From Octopus vulgaris (Eukaryota), in the NCBI GenBank assembly GCA_951406725.2, contig OX597833.1, positions 69,812,001 through 69,876,000 on the forward strand: a stretch of DNA of 64,000 bases, in the 5' to 3' direction. Below, piece by piece: positions 44,715 to 58,744 of the stretch. The position numbers and the translations under genes were made by a program. The notes under the pieces are model-generated. The model saw nothing but the letters and a program-made list of their open reading frames with translations. It made no database searches and was not told the DNA's origin. Numbering within the stretch: the stretch's first letter is position 1; each line of letters starts with the position of its first letter.

Positions 44715-45269
44715 GCGTACATGCATATATTTATATATATACAAACATACACACACACACACATATATATGTATGCATACGTATGTGTGTATGTATTTAT
44801 ATATGCGTATATATGAATATATACACACATATGTAATACAAATATAATATATATATTAATACATATTCCTGCATGCTAGCTGACATTTTGAAATGAAATG
44901 CAGACATTTTCTCCCAGTTCACTAATGTTTTTTGATTTTATTAATTTTTAACAATTTTGTATTAGCTTGATTCTCCCGCTGTTTGTGTGCGTAAACGTGT
45001 GTGATTGAGTAAGTGCGTATGGGGGATTGTTGAAAGTGTTATGTATGTATGTATGTATGTATGTATGTATGTATGTATCTAGGTATTTATCCCAGGAATA
45101 ACGTTAATGTGAATGTAATATAATGACGGTGTATCCAGCATACATATACACACATGTCTAAATAGATAATAAAAATCATATGAATAAATTGTCGGACTCC
45201 CTATGTTTCTTGTGTTTCAACAGCGAGTATTGATATATGAGGCACATAATGCCTGTACATCGACAAATA

Positions 45270-45301
<32 letters not shown>

Positions 45302-45307
<6 letters not shown>

Positions 45308-45402
45308 GAGTTCACAAATACAAAATAAAACACGACGATCGGTAGTGTAGACAACAAACAGATGTATTAGTATAACGCTCGGGAAGTGAAAAAGTCTTTA
45401 AT
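45302..45402 (-). mobile_element. 3' tail of HHR family F4, truncated just before the ribozyme, within (TA)n
   Basis: caaacagatgtattagtataac..aaaaagtcttt shared with 31150-31198. Confidence 0.7.
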
Positions 45403-45403
45403 G

Positions 45404-45469
<66 letters not shown>

Positions 45470-45509
45470 ATATACATACACATAGACAAATGTATGTATA
45501 TATACTACA

Positions 45510-46690
45510 CAAGACAAAGTACCCAGCGTTGCCCGAGATTGCCGAAATATTCACGAAATTGTTTTCCAGTTTGTAAAATGGGAATTCATGGTACTTATGC
45601 ATGTATAAATATTTAACATAACTCCTGGACTTATTTAATTTGAACTATCCAAGCAATAATAATCAATTTAATCTCTGGGGAAAATTGTGAGTTTGAAGGC
45701 ATTGCTTGAAAGGATATTGATAATGATTTCAGTAATAAAGAATAGAGACAAGTTTACCATAATTTCTTTCCCCGCAGAAGGATGTCATTCGAAAGAGGCA
45801 GTTGTACTGTCTGATGTTCTTCCTGAATTCTCTTGCACGATGGCCATCACGGTTGTATAAATGGATAAGTTCACTTGGTAGAGGTTGTAAATTGCCTATA
45901 CAAACTTTTCCCTTCATGCAGCAGAAATGTGTAGTTTCGCCATGGAATAAGAATGCACGAATGTAAGAGCATATTATATTCCTCACACCTACATCAACAG
46001 AAAGAGCGGATCCATTTTTCCTTCCATTCCTCCCTCTGTCCTTCATTCTTTCCTTACTCTGTTGTTTAAGAGTCCTGTAGCCCTCATTTCAGGCGTTTCT
46101 GCAAGTCGTCTGCCATTTGGTCTTTGTTTCACATCCTGGAGACATGCATTCCTATCTTCCTCCGTCTCTCCTTTTCTCCTTCTCTGTTGCGTGACTCTGT
46201 TATCCTGCAGTCGTGTTGCCGTCATCTCAGATGTTTCCTGTTACCTCCTTGCGCATGCGAAAGCGCATGTGAAGGCGCATGGCTCAGTGGTTAGAGCGTC
46301 GAGCTTACGATCGTGAGGTTGTGAGCTCGAATCCCGGACCGGGCTGCGTGTTGTGTTCTTGAGCAAGGCACTTTATTTCACGTTGCTCCAGTTCACTCAG
46401 CTGTAGAAATGAGTTGCGACGTCACAGGTGCCAAGCTGTATCGGCCTTTGTCTTTCCCTTGGATAACACTGGTGGCGTGGAGAGGGAAGGCTGGTATGCA
46501 TGGGCGACTGCTGGTCTTCCATAAACAACCTTGCCCGGACTTGTGTCTAGGAGGGTAACTTTCTAGGTGCAATCCCATGGTCATTCATGACCGAAGGGGG
46601 TCTTTACCTTGCCCGTACTGCTTCCCGAGGCCTTTTGGAATCATCTCTTCATCACGATGATCCCCGTCTCTTTGCACGTGGCATAATTGA
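45510..46690 (-). mobile_element. Internally deleted Helitron with decayed RepHel N-terminus
   Basis: MPRAKRR start near 46684; RR..ET.E.R repeats; CCMKGKV..LQPLPSEL..FRKNIRQYNCLFRMTSF; 3' end cgggcaacgctgggtactttgtcttg; 5' terminus not located. Confidence 0.8.
46269..46609 (+). mobile_element. tRNA-derived SINE family C inserted in the Helitron
   Basis: A/B boxes; colinear with 5276-5618. Confidence 0.85.
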
Positions 46691-47260
46691 TCAGCGCATA
46701 TTTTTGTATGCAATGTTGTATTAAGAAAATTAAATCAAAACTGCAAAGAGATTACAAATGTCAAACGAATGAAATAAAATAAAATCCGAAATGATGAAAC
46801 GATAAGTAATCTCCGCAAAAAAGATGTTTCTCAATGTCATTGTGTGTGTCTGTCAAAAAGTCGACTTTTTCTCTCTTAGAGAGTGATAAAGCGAGAGAGA
46901 GAGAGAGCGCAAAGACTATGTGTGTGTATGTCACAGATAGCGTACGTGTGTTTATGTTGATTTACATATCATGATATTTATTATATGTGTGTGTATTCTG
47001 TATGTGTGCATGTGTGTTCACGTCACGGAAGTCATGTCTTTTTTTTCGTCAAGGAATAACAAACGACTTCAAAAAATTAAGTACGGGGCTCATACGACTA
47101 ATAACTCTTGAACGCGGTGCCCCAGCTTGGCCGCAGTCTAATGACTGAAATGGATAAAAGATGTGAGGTGAGGGAAGTATGGTAAACTAAAGAAGCAAAT
47201 ATACGTAGAATTTAACAGCTCAGTCCTGATTTACAACAATAACTGCACTTATGATAATTA

Positions 47261-47620
47261 TTTTCTACTTGAGGCATAAGGTCCGAAATTTGGGGGGAGG
47301 GGTCCAGTCGATTAGATCGATCCCACTATGCAACGGGTACTTAATTTATCGACCCTGAAAGGGTAAGTCGAACTCGGGGGAATTTGAACTGAGAACACAA
47401 AGACAGCCGAAATACCTATTTCTTTACTACCCACTAGGGGCTAAACACAGAGAGGACAAACAAGGACAGACAAACGGATTAAGTCAATTATAATCGACCC
47501 CGAAAGGATGAAAAGCAAAGTCGACCTCGGCGGAATTTGAACTCAGAACGTAACGGCAGACGAAATACGGCTACGCCTTTCGCCCGGCGTGCTAACCACT
47601 CTGCCAGCTCGCCGCCTTAG
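47261..47620 (-). mobile_element. Composite (dimeric) SINE family A with one 17-bp TSD
   Basis: TSD tgcacttatgataatta at 47244-47260 and 47621-47637; one head, two bodies with different tails. Confidence 0.85.
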
Positions 47621-48202
47621 TGCACTTATGATAATTAACTGACAACTAAGTGCTGCGTTGAGGTTCCAAACGATGTGTTGTTGCTGCTGTTGTTATTATC
47701 GTTAACCCCCTATCTGATACTCCTGTATTAAATAAATGATTTTTGTGCGATATCTTATGAATAGCACTTGTATCTCAAATCTTAGATAAAATAAACAACA
47801 ATATCGCGGCAGATAACAACCCCCGCTACTCTCTTGAGGTGATGTGTTTGTACATGCTTGATATAAGATGATAGAAAAACACCGCTAATCTGAGATTATC
47901 CCTGCAATTGGCGAACTGTTGGAGCATGCTTTTGTCCATACCTGTCTGCAGCTTTTCAAACCAGACGGGAAGGTATGTTCTGTTTAAAGCCAACAGGTGT
48001 AAATAATGGACATATTCTGATAAATATGTTTCTCTCATGAGAGAAGCATATTTATCCTCTCTTCGCAAGAACCATAAGATGTATAGAAGGGTGCGACCAA
48101 ACGTACAAACGTACACACACACACACGCATACAAATGCACACACATATACGCACACTCACGCACACACACACACGTACACATGTGTATCATTTTCTCTTT
48201 GA

Positions 48203-48420
48203 CTCTTTTATCTTTTACTTGTTTCGGCCATTTGACTGCGGCCATGCTGGAGCACCGCCTTTTTAATCGAGCAACTCGACCCCGGGACTTATTCTTTTGT
48301 AAGCCCAGTACTTATTCTATCGGTTTCTTTTGCCGATCCGCTAAGTAACGGGGACATAAACACACCAGCATCGGTTGTCAAGCAATGCTAGGGGGACAAA
48401 CACAGACACAAAGACACACA

Positions 48421-48486
<66 letters not shown>

Positions 48487-48653
48487 AATACGAAGGACTT
48501 CTTTCAGTTCCCGTCTACCAAATCCTCTTACAAGGCATTGGTCAGCCCGGGGCTATAGCAGAAGACACTTGTCCAAGATGCCACGCAGTGGGACTGAACC
48601 CGGAACCATGTGGTTGGTAAACAACCTACTTACCACACAGCCACTCCTGCGCC
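48203..48653 (-). mobile_element. SINE family B, full length, internal (TA)n
   Basis: Head ggcgcaggagtggctgtgtggtaag..ggttccgggttcagtccc; tail (aaaag)-like repeats. Confidence 0.9.
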
Positions 48654-48692
48654 ATGTATATCAGTTTTTTTTTGGTGCCTTACAATTTAAAA

Positions 48693-48838
48693 AGAAATAA
48701 GTGGAAATTTTACCAGTGAGTGTGTTACATCATAAGGCACAAAAAGAAAATGGCTCTCCCCAGACACAACAGAATATGCTTCAACACACGAACTCATATA
48801 AAGAATCTTGCAAACCAAATCCAAAAACGAAGTATTAT
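48693..48838 (+). repeat. Dispersed copy of the 536-783 element
   Basis: Reverse complement of 536-680. Confidence 0.8.
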
Positions 48839-49181
48839 TCTGTTACATTTGAGATAAGTCTGATGTAAGGGATATTCGGCTGCTATTTCTACCTGATCGA
48901 GCAATTACATGGAATTTCCAGCATTGACCTGTGGTTGCAAGCACTAAATGCTTTGGCAATTGATTTAGCTTAGTGTACAAAGATGTTGTGATGTGAATCA
49001 TTTAGTTTTTGGTCAGAAGCCCAATATTCTATCCGATAAGACAACCGTGATGGAGAAGATATATTACAGATGGAATACATACATGAGTTATTGATATCTA
49101 TTTTGCATATGGAGGATATCATCATTTATCATACATCATAAAACCAGACGAGTCTACGTGGTCTGTATGTGTGCGTGGTAT

Positions 49182-49275
<94 letters not shown>

Positions 49276-49557
49276 TGTTCAGCAACAGAAAATGATGAAA
49301 GAATATGATAAAAGAGAAAACAAGCGAGTGTGAAAAACGGCAGAAGGAAGGAAATGAAAGAGCATTCCAACAGAGAGAGGGGGGGAGAGAGAGAGAGGAA
49401 GAGAGAAGAGAGAGAGAGAGGGGGAGAGAGGAGAGGGAGAGAGAGGAGAGGGAGAGAGGGAGAGAGAGGTGGGGTTAACCAAAATATAACTCGTAGCTTG
49501 GAAGACAGGAAAAATAAAGATGTGAATGCATATACACTAAAGTAATATATATGTGTA

Positions 49558-49614
<57 letters not shown>

Positions 49615-49692
49615 ATGAGTGTGTTTATGTATGTATGTATGTACATTTGTTTATCAATATATATGCTTATATCTATATAAGTATAACATATA

Positions 49693-49740
<48 letters not shown>

Positions 49741-50411
49741 CAGACGGACAAACAGACAGACAGACCGATAGATAGATATGCTTATATACTCATACACGTT
49801 GATATGTTTGTTTATATTTCTACAGATATATATGGGTAATTTGTGTGTGTATATATATGTGTATGTGTGTGTGTGTGTGTATACACACAGATATCCATCA
49901 ATTTACCTATCTATGTATATATTTATCTCTTCCCCTCTCTCCATCTCTCACTGTTTATATTCTTACATACATACACACACACACACACAGGGTTATGAAA
50001 AGAATTTATCACTTTAAAAAATATTGAAAAAGCAATCACCATTCATTTTGAGAATTATAGAGGAGAAAGAATATTCCTATATATTCTTGTTTTTAGTCTT
50101 GTAGTTGTTGTTATTTTGCATGGTTCCTTCCTGTTGACTTCTCTTGTGGAAGATCTGTCTATCGATATATTTCTCGTCGTGACCATCTCGTCTTCTCAGA
50201 TACAGTTTATACCAGACTCCTATATTGTTTTATGCATTTTTATTGTTCTACCTCAAAGGTATTATGAGAAATCTGAGACGATAGATTTGTTTGTATCCTG
50301 TCCACATACGACGTACTCACTTTTTAATTGACTTGTCTGTCAGTCATGCTGTGGTGAGTTATATTTTTATGGCATGTCACAATGTTATAAGTAAGTCTGT
50401 GTTCGTAATCC

Positions 50412-50953
<542 letters not shown>

Positions 50954-52319
50954 TAGTTATATATTGAACAACTTTAAGGGGAGTGGTGTAAACATTCAAA
51001 CAGAAGTCGTTACGGTCCTTTCGTTGACAGAGGGCGCTTCATGACTCCCAAAGTTCAAACCATTACCCATGTGTACTTATCTGTGTATATGTATGTGTCT
51101 ATATATGCGAGTCATTGATCTCTGTATATGAATTTATGAAAGTTACAGTATACATGAATACGATTCCTTGCTTTTATCTCACAATTCAGCTGTGATATCA
51201 TTACAAGTTGGTTTTTCACAAGAATTTTTTTTTTTTTCTTTTTCGTTTTTTCAACCGTGGTATATTGATTAAAATTCCAATCAATTCACCAGTCATCTAA
51301 TTTGCGTGTTAATTGAAGTCTCCATTGTAATGTAAATCTATACGGAAGATTTTGAAAACAATTTATCACTTAATATTACCATAATGCCACAAACATAATG
51401 GTTTATTGTTGATATAGTGAGTTCTAGAAATTGTATAAATCGAGTAAATATTGGCGAATGATAATTTAAAGAAGTCACATACTTGTAAAGACACTGTTGA
51501 ATTCCTGCTGAAAATAAGAAAATATTCATGAAACGTTCGGCGGTTGTTTTTTCATTCTTTTTCTCTTTTTAGTAATTTTACTTCTACCTCGACCTACCAC
51601 CCACAATTTTTTTTTATTTCTCTTTAGTCATACATGAGGACAATGTGTCGCAACTGCGCCAAGTTGATGAATGGCCTGTCGCATCTACTTTGTGTTATGG
51701 ATTAGTGAGATGAAAAAGAGTAGCATCTATGAACTTCGTTTTATAATTGGATTAATATGAAAGAACCGGCTCTGCCCTCGGAATTCGCACGCTTTCTAAA
51801 ACCACGACAAGGTGACATTCTCAGTGTTTATTGTGGATAGCTGCAAGTTATTTTTTTTCCAGCAGTTCAAACCGAGACGTGCTTTACCGCGCCCGGTCAG
51901 GAAACATTGCTCCTCGTTAGTATTATGGAATGGTCAGCTTCTCGTTGCTGCGTTTCCTCCAATAATTCTGACGTTGTGGAGCAACCCTCTCTTTATAAGT
52001 GTGCAGTAATTCTCCCAAATATAACATCTGGTACATTCCCCAAGAGTTCAGCACGATAGCAGTGGTTAACAAAGCCAATTTCTCACTGAACAAATATCGG
52101 TAAGAAAGAAAAAAAAGAAAAAAATGCGGAAAGGGTATTCTGGATGGCTGATACTCCTCCGAGTTAAGGCAAAGCATAATCGATAGAGGAAGAGTGAGAG
52201 GAAGTGTCTGAATGAAGTTGGAACGAAGCAAGCTAGATGTCAAGAGCAGAGTTCACTGAATTAGAGTGAGCAAAACGTCGAGTAGAATTTAGATATCTAA
52301 CATATAAGACCGAGCCTCA

Positions 52320-52345
52320 ATATTATTATTATAATTATTATTAGT

Positions 52346-52392
<47 letters not shown>

Positions 52393-52575
52393 TCATTATT
52401 ATTATCATCATCATCATTATTATTATTATTATTATTGTTGTTGTTGTTGTTGTTGTTGTTGTAGTTGTTGTTGTTGTTGTTCAGGTCACTGCTTGGAATA
52501 TCCGTCGAATGTAAATAATGTAAATAAAGTTAATTAATGTACATAATTCGTCGTCTCTTAAATATAGAACTGTAT
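52320..52575. mobile_element. Remnant of the tRNA-headed HHR element F8: trinucleotide tract, head stub (-), inverted tail (+)
   Basis: ttcaggtcactgcttggaat resembles 60109-60128; atccgtcgaatgtaaataatgtaaata resembles 60259-60290. Confidence 0.65.
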
Positions 52576-53726
52576 AATTAAAATGCCTGAAACAATATCG
52601 TGGAAAAGGTAAGGATTGTATGACTTTCGATTTGAAACCCCAGACTGAATGTTACTAAGCACTGCTACGATTAAAGAGTCTCCAGCTATGCCCAACCCAT
52701 CGATATTTTTCTCATACGTTATGTATTTAATATTACGTTATCCAATGAGGTCTTGGGCATCATCATTTAAAATTTGCTTGGAGTGTGATTTAAGAGAAAT
52801 CGAGTTGTTATTTCTAATAAATTAATTGACCACTTATCTCTCTCGCTTCTTATTTCACGTGCTACATTGTACCAAAAAGAGATCTGACAGGAGAAACACC
52901 CAGAAGAGTTATCTGCGATCTTATAAGCAAAAACCTAAGACACAAATAAACATAATTTGTGATATTCAATCGAAAGTGAAACTAAACAAAAATATACAAA
53001 TAGAGAACGGAGGGTTAGAAAGCGATACAAGATGGCGACATGTGTACGTGATTCCGTTTCTGTGTGTGTGTGTGTGTGTGTGCCATTGTATGCATGCATG
53101 TGTCAGCGTGCGTATGTGTGCGTGTGAGTGTGTATTCAAGAAAATGACGACGATGAACACAAAGAAAGCTATAATCAAAAGTTTTCGTGCAAAACCAAAG
53201 AATTTATCTCAAAATAACAAGACTTAGCAAGTGATGCAACGCGTTTAATTCGACAGCAGTGAAATATTTACGAAGCATTTTAAATTCCTACTATCTTACA
53301 AGTTTCCACGGGTTTTAGTAAATAAATCTCTGGCAATGAAGCGACAAATAACGAAATACATATTTTATAGAATACACATGGCTTCCATATAATCTCTTCG
53401 CTTATATATTATAGATTAGAGGATTCAGAAGATTATTATCATTTATAAATGTCTTTCTTCTGTTCTACATAACATTGATATATGTATGCATGTGTGTATG
53501 TATGTATGTGTATGTATGTATGTATGTATGTTGTATGTATGTTTGTATGTATGTATGTATGTATGTATGTATGTATGTATGTATGTTTGTATGTATGTAT
53601 GTATGTATCTATGTATGTGTGTGTATGTATGTATGTAAGAAAACCTTAAACAGAAAGATGACAGCTAGCAATAAATATACTTATGTGTGCGTGAATGCGT
53701 ATATTTGAGTATGGATGTGTGCATGC

Positions 53727-53969
<243 letters not shown>

Positions 53970-54131
53970 TATAGGCATATATATATACATACCGAAAATA
54001 TTTCTAATATTTTCGGTATGTGGTTTAAGCCACTTGTTGCAAAAAAAAACCTTTATTATAATTATATATATATATTCATTTATTTATTTATTTATTTATT
54101 TATAAACAATAACTACAGGTGGGTTGCGGTT

Positions 54132-54252
54132 CACTACAGCTGTTTCAGACTAGTTGTTTACTGACGAAGAGAAGTGTTACATACTGCAAAACAAAACGTT
54201 TTCATCGGATTTATATAGGTAAGTGTTACTAACTAGAACACCTGATGATCGA
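54132..54252 (-). ncRNA. Hammerhead motif F6 split by a 16-bp terminal inversion
   Basis: Re-inverting 54237-54252 restores CAC-CUGAUGA-UC-GACUAGUU..AACUAGUC-U-GAAA-CAGCUG-UA-GUG. Confidence 0.65.
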
Positions 54253-54499
54253 GTACAGGGTGCCATATGACTCTACTGACCCAAACCTTGGTGAGACTGA
54301 GAGAGACACATGCGCAGACCTGCAGAAATGTACGTTTGTGGATAGATAGAAAGAGAGAAAAAACAGAGAGATAAAGAGTGCGAGAGGTAGGAGTCAGGCG
54401 TTGGAATGTAATAAATGACTGATTGACTCAAACACGTCTCTTTTCTATATAGGCATAAAAGGTATTACGCTTGCGTGCACATGAATAAATACAGTAGAT

Positions 54500-54879
54500 G
54501 GATGGATGGAAGCACTCCGTCGGTTACGACGACGAGGGTTCCGGTTGATCCGAATCAACGGAACAGCCTGCTCGTGAAATTAACGTGTAAGTGGCTGAGC
54601 ACTCCACAGACACGTGTACCCTTAACGTAGTTCTCGGGGATATTCAGCATGACAAGGCCGGCCCTTTGAAATACAGGTACAACAGAAACAGGAAGTAAGA
54701 GTGAGAGAAAGTTGTGGTGAAAGAGTACAGCAGGGATCACTACCATCCCTGCCGGAGCCTCGTGGAGCTTTTAGGTGTTTTCGCTCAATAAACACTCACA
54801 ACGCCAGGTCTGGGAATCGAAACCGCGATCCTATGACCGCCAGTCCGCTGCCCTAACCACTGGGCCATTGCGCCTCCAC
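54500..54879 (-). mobile_element. tRNA-derived SINE family D, tail type 2, with 13-bp TSD
   Basis: A/B boxes; TSD aaatacagtagat at 54487-54499 and 54880-54892. Confidence 0.9.
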
Positions 54880-55904
54880 AAATACAGTAGATAAGAGAGG
54901 GAAGATAAGATTAAGAGAGATATTGAAATTGAGATAGAAGGAGAGATGATGGGTCATACAGAAAAAAATTGAAATTCACTGTCGTTTTTTTTTTTTTTTT
55001 GTTACTTTGTCAAAGATGTACAGAAACCCATTGTTTAAATTTCATCAATACTGCTGCGATCGTACACATGAAGAGAAACAGAAAGACGAAGTTTAGCGAT
55101 CGAATAGCTACAATAGATGTCATTTCAAGTTAGCTGTTGACGAGAATAAAATCAAAGTGCTCAATGCGCCAAACTGATCTATGGTCAAATGCATTTCCAG
55201 TTTAAAAATTACAGCTTGATTATATGCCTCTCGTTCTATAGTATAAAATGTTCTTTCATTTTCAGTGTGGTAAGACATGAATTAGGATATACTTGGCCGT
55301 CATTTATACGAGCTTGTAGATCCGAGTCGCATTATGATAGTGGCAAACACAATAAGACCCGTGACGCTACGACCAATATTATTTTTCATTTACACCACAA
55401 CGTATCTCTTAAGGCTTAAGGCTTAGACAATATGTTTATCTTGTAAACAGTTACATGGCATTTAAAGGTCCTAATACTTTTCGTTACATATATTTTTTTG
55501 TACTCCTTATATAACTATGGAAACATTGTAAGGTTAATGGCCTCACGTAATGAAAATCAGTAAAAAACAAATTTCACACCACATCGTGCGCTGCTCTCTC
55601 CCGTCGATTTATGATCTACTTGCTGGTTCGTTTTTGTTCATTGTGCCAGTTCAAGTAACAGCTAATAGCATGTTATAGACGGTAAAATCGATGTAGATGG
55701 TATTCCGAACAAGTTCGAAACAGCGTAGAATAAAGAAATAGCCTCTGTATGACATCTGCAATCTTACTGAGGTGGAAAAAATTCATGTTCGATCCGACAC
55801 TGACTTGCATTCGCCAAATATTTCTTCGATTCTGCGACAAAGAAGTAACCGCTTATTTACGTAGCAAATTAAGACATTATACACAATGGTATACATATAT
55901 ATGT

Positions 55905-55991
<87 letters not shown>

Positions 55992-55995
55992 ACAT

Positions 55996-56035
<40 letters not shown>

Positions 56036-56319
56036 CAACAATTGAGGGTAAAATTAATTAATTATTAATCAATTTCACCAAGTGTTCAGTATGCAAAGGG
56101 ACCATTTAAGGCGAATTCAAATTATTACATTATATAAAAGGGCTTAGTAAAATAAATTACTTTGCCGCATACTGAACTCATTAGAAATAGCAGCTAAAAA
56201 ACTTTTTTAAAGCTATTTCTAATACTTAAAGAAAATCTCTCTCATATATAGTGTTTGCTTAATTCAACTCACAAAAGTTTGGGGGTAAGGACATCAAAAA
56301 ATCAAATGCTAAGGTTATT

Positions 56320-56371
56320 TGAGAACGTACGTTTCAAGATTAGTCAAAACAACACTTCTATCATCAGCTCA
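56320..56371 (-). ncRNA. Type I hammerhead motif F7, unit 1
   Basis: UGAG-CUGAUGA-U-AGA.AGU..ACU.UCU-U-GAAA-CGUACG-UU-CUCA; stem III palindrome ACGUACGU. Confidence 0.85.
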
Positions 56372-56864
56372 GAAACTCCTTGGTTTGGATTTGGAAACAC
56401 TGAAAGTAAGAACATACCCTTTCGAAGATCCGCTCGTAACTAACAGTGCCAACAAACCCAAATAAGCAAGCGAAGAATTTCTGTTCTCCCCTTTCCACCA
56501 GCGTGGGTTAAAATCATCAAACACTATGCTTATTTCGGTAAAATCCGAAGCATTAATTAGAGGGAGATTAATTATAATTTCAACAATTGAGGGTAAAATT
56601 AATTAATTATTAATCAATTTCACCAAGTGTTCAGTATGCAAAGGGACCATTTAAGGCGAATTCAAATTATTACATTATATAAAAGGGCTTAGTAAAATAA
56701 ATTACTTTGCCGCATACTGAACTCATTAGAAATAGCAGCTAAAAAACTTTTTTAAAGCTATTTCTAATACTTAAAGAAAATCTCTCTCATATATAGTGTT
56801 TGCTTAATTCAACTCACAAAAGTTTGGGGGTAAGGACATCAAAAAATCAAATGCTAAGGTTATT

Positions 56865-56916
56865 TGAGAACGTACGTTTCAAGATTAGTCAAAACAACAC
56901 TTCTATCATCAGCTCA
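56865..56916 (-). ncRNA. Type I hammerhead motif F7, unit 2
   Basis: Identical to unit 1. Confidence 0.85.
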
Positions 56917-57409
56917 GAAACTCCTTGGTTTGGATTTGGAAACACTGAAAGTAAGAACATACCCTTTCGAAGATCCGCTCGTAACTAACAGTGCCAACAA
57001 ACCCAAATAAGCAAGCGAAGAATTTCTGTTCTCCCCTTTCCACCAGCGTGGGTTAAAATCATCAAACACTATGCTTATTTCGGTAAAATCCGAAGCATTA
57101 ATTAGAGGGAGATTAATTATAATTTCAACAATTGAGGGTAAAATTAATTAATTATTAATCAATTTCACCAAGTGTTCAGTATGCAAAGGGACCATTTAAG
57201 GCGAATTCAAATTATTACATTATATAAAAGGGCTTAGTAAAATAAATTACTTTGCCGCATACTGAACTCATTAGAAATAGCAGCTAAAAAACTTTTTTAA
57301 AGCTATTTCTAATACTTAAAGAAAATCTCTCTCATATATAGTGTTTGCTTAATTCAACTCACAAAAGTTTGGGGGTAAGGACATCAAAAAATCAAATGCT
57401 AAGGTTATT

Positions 57410-57461
57410 TGAGAACGTACGTTTCAAGATTAGTCAAAACAACACTTCTATCATCAGCTCA
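57410..57461 (-). ncRNA. Type I hammerhead motif F7, unit 3
   Basis: Identical to unit 1. Confidence 0.85.
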
Positions 57462-57927
57462 GAAACTCCTTACCCCCAAACTTTTGTGAGTTGAATTAAG
57501 CAAACACTATATATGAGAGAGATTTTCTTTAAGTATTAGAAATAGCTTTAAAAAAGTTTTTTAGCTGCTATTTCTAATGAGTTCAGTATGCGGCAAAGTA
57601 ATTTATTTTACTAAGCCCTTTTATATAATGTAATAATTTGAATTCGCCTTAAATGGTCCCTTTGCATACTGAACACTTGGTGAAATTGATTAATAATTAA
57701 TTAATTTTACCCTCAATTGTTGAAATTATAATTAATCTCCCTCTAATTAATGCTTCGGATTTTACCGAAATAAGCATAGTGTTTGATGATTTTAACCCAC
57801 GCTGGTGGAAGGGAGAACAGAAATTCTTCGCTTGCTTATTTGGGTTTGTTGGCACTGTTAGTTACGAGCGGATCTTCGAAAGTATGTTCTTACTTTCAGT
57901 GTTTCCAAATCCAAACCAAGGAGTTTC

Positions 57928-57979
57928 TGAGCTGATGATAGAAGTGTTGTTTTGACTAATCTTGAAACGTACGTTCTCA
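57928..57979 (+). ncRNA. Type I hammerhead motif F7, inverted unit
   Basis: tgagctgatgatagaagtgttgttttgactaatcttgaaacgtacgttctca. Confidence 0.85.
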
Positions 57980-58158
57980 AATAACCTTAGCATTTGATTT
58001 TTTGATGTCCTTACCCCCAAACTTTTGTGAGTTGAATTAAGCAAACACTATATATGAGAGAGATTTTCTTTAAGTATTAGAAATAGCTTTAAAAAAGTTT
58101 TTTAGCTGCTATTTCTAATGAGTTCAGTATGCGGCAAAGTAATTTATTTTACTAAGCC

Positions 58159-58210
<52 letters not shown>

Positions 58211-58213
58211 CAT

Positions 58214-58297
58214 GTGGAGGCGCAATAGCCCAGTGGTTAGGGCAGCGGACTCGTTGTGAGTGTTTATTGAGCGAAAACACATAAAGCTCCACGAGGC
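58214..58297 (+). mobile_element. Truncated, internally deleted SINE family D head
   Basis: gtggaggcgcaatagcccagtggttagggcagcggac..ttattgagcgaaaacac. Confidence 0.75.
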
Positions 58298-58710
58298 AGT
58301 GTGTGTGTGTGTATGTATGTAGTATATTCACATATAAATAAAGGAAAAAGATATATATTCATGGGTTTACTTGAGTATACGTATATTTTTCAGTGTGTGT
58401 GTGTTTGTGTGCGTGTGTGTGTATGAGTGCGTGTGTATGTATGTACGTATTTATGTAGCTATTTAACTATTCCAGTTATATCAGGAATAAGTTACCTACC
58501 TATTCCATCATCAAATATTTACAGAAATACAAATAAGAAAAGACAGTTTGATTAAGAAGTCCTGAATACTCGAGACTCTTCAGACGATACATAATTAGAC
58601 AATTATTAAGAATCTTGTACATACATACATATATATATATATATATAGACAGATAGACAGATAAAAATACATATATACATATATATTTATATATCTATAT
58701 ATCTGTCTAT

Positions 58711-58744
<34 letters not shown>

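Larger units (their letters stand above)
56032..58167. mobile_element. 545-bp HHR tandem array (F7): ~2.6 units, then ~1.3 inverted units; flanked by (TA)n; retrozyme/PLE-like
   Basis: caacaattgagg at 56036, 56581, 57126; inversion junction at tcctt 57467-57471. Confidence 0.9.

Noticed and set aside
51780-52080. Possible mariner transposase remnant (also 5820-6000)
   Set aside because: No clear DDD/E motifs; needs tBLASTn
56255-58044. Repeated ~62-aa ORF
   Set aside because: Antisense to the HHR, non-ATG start, duplicated only because the unit is repeated
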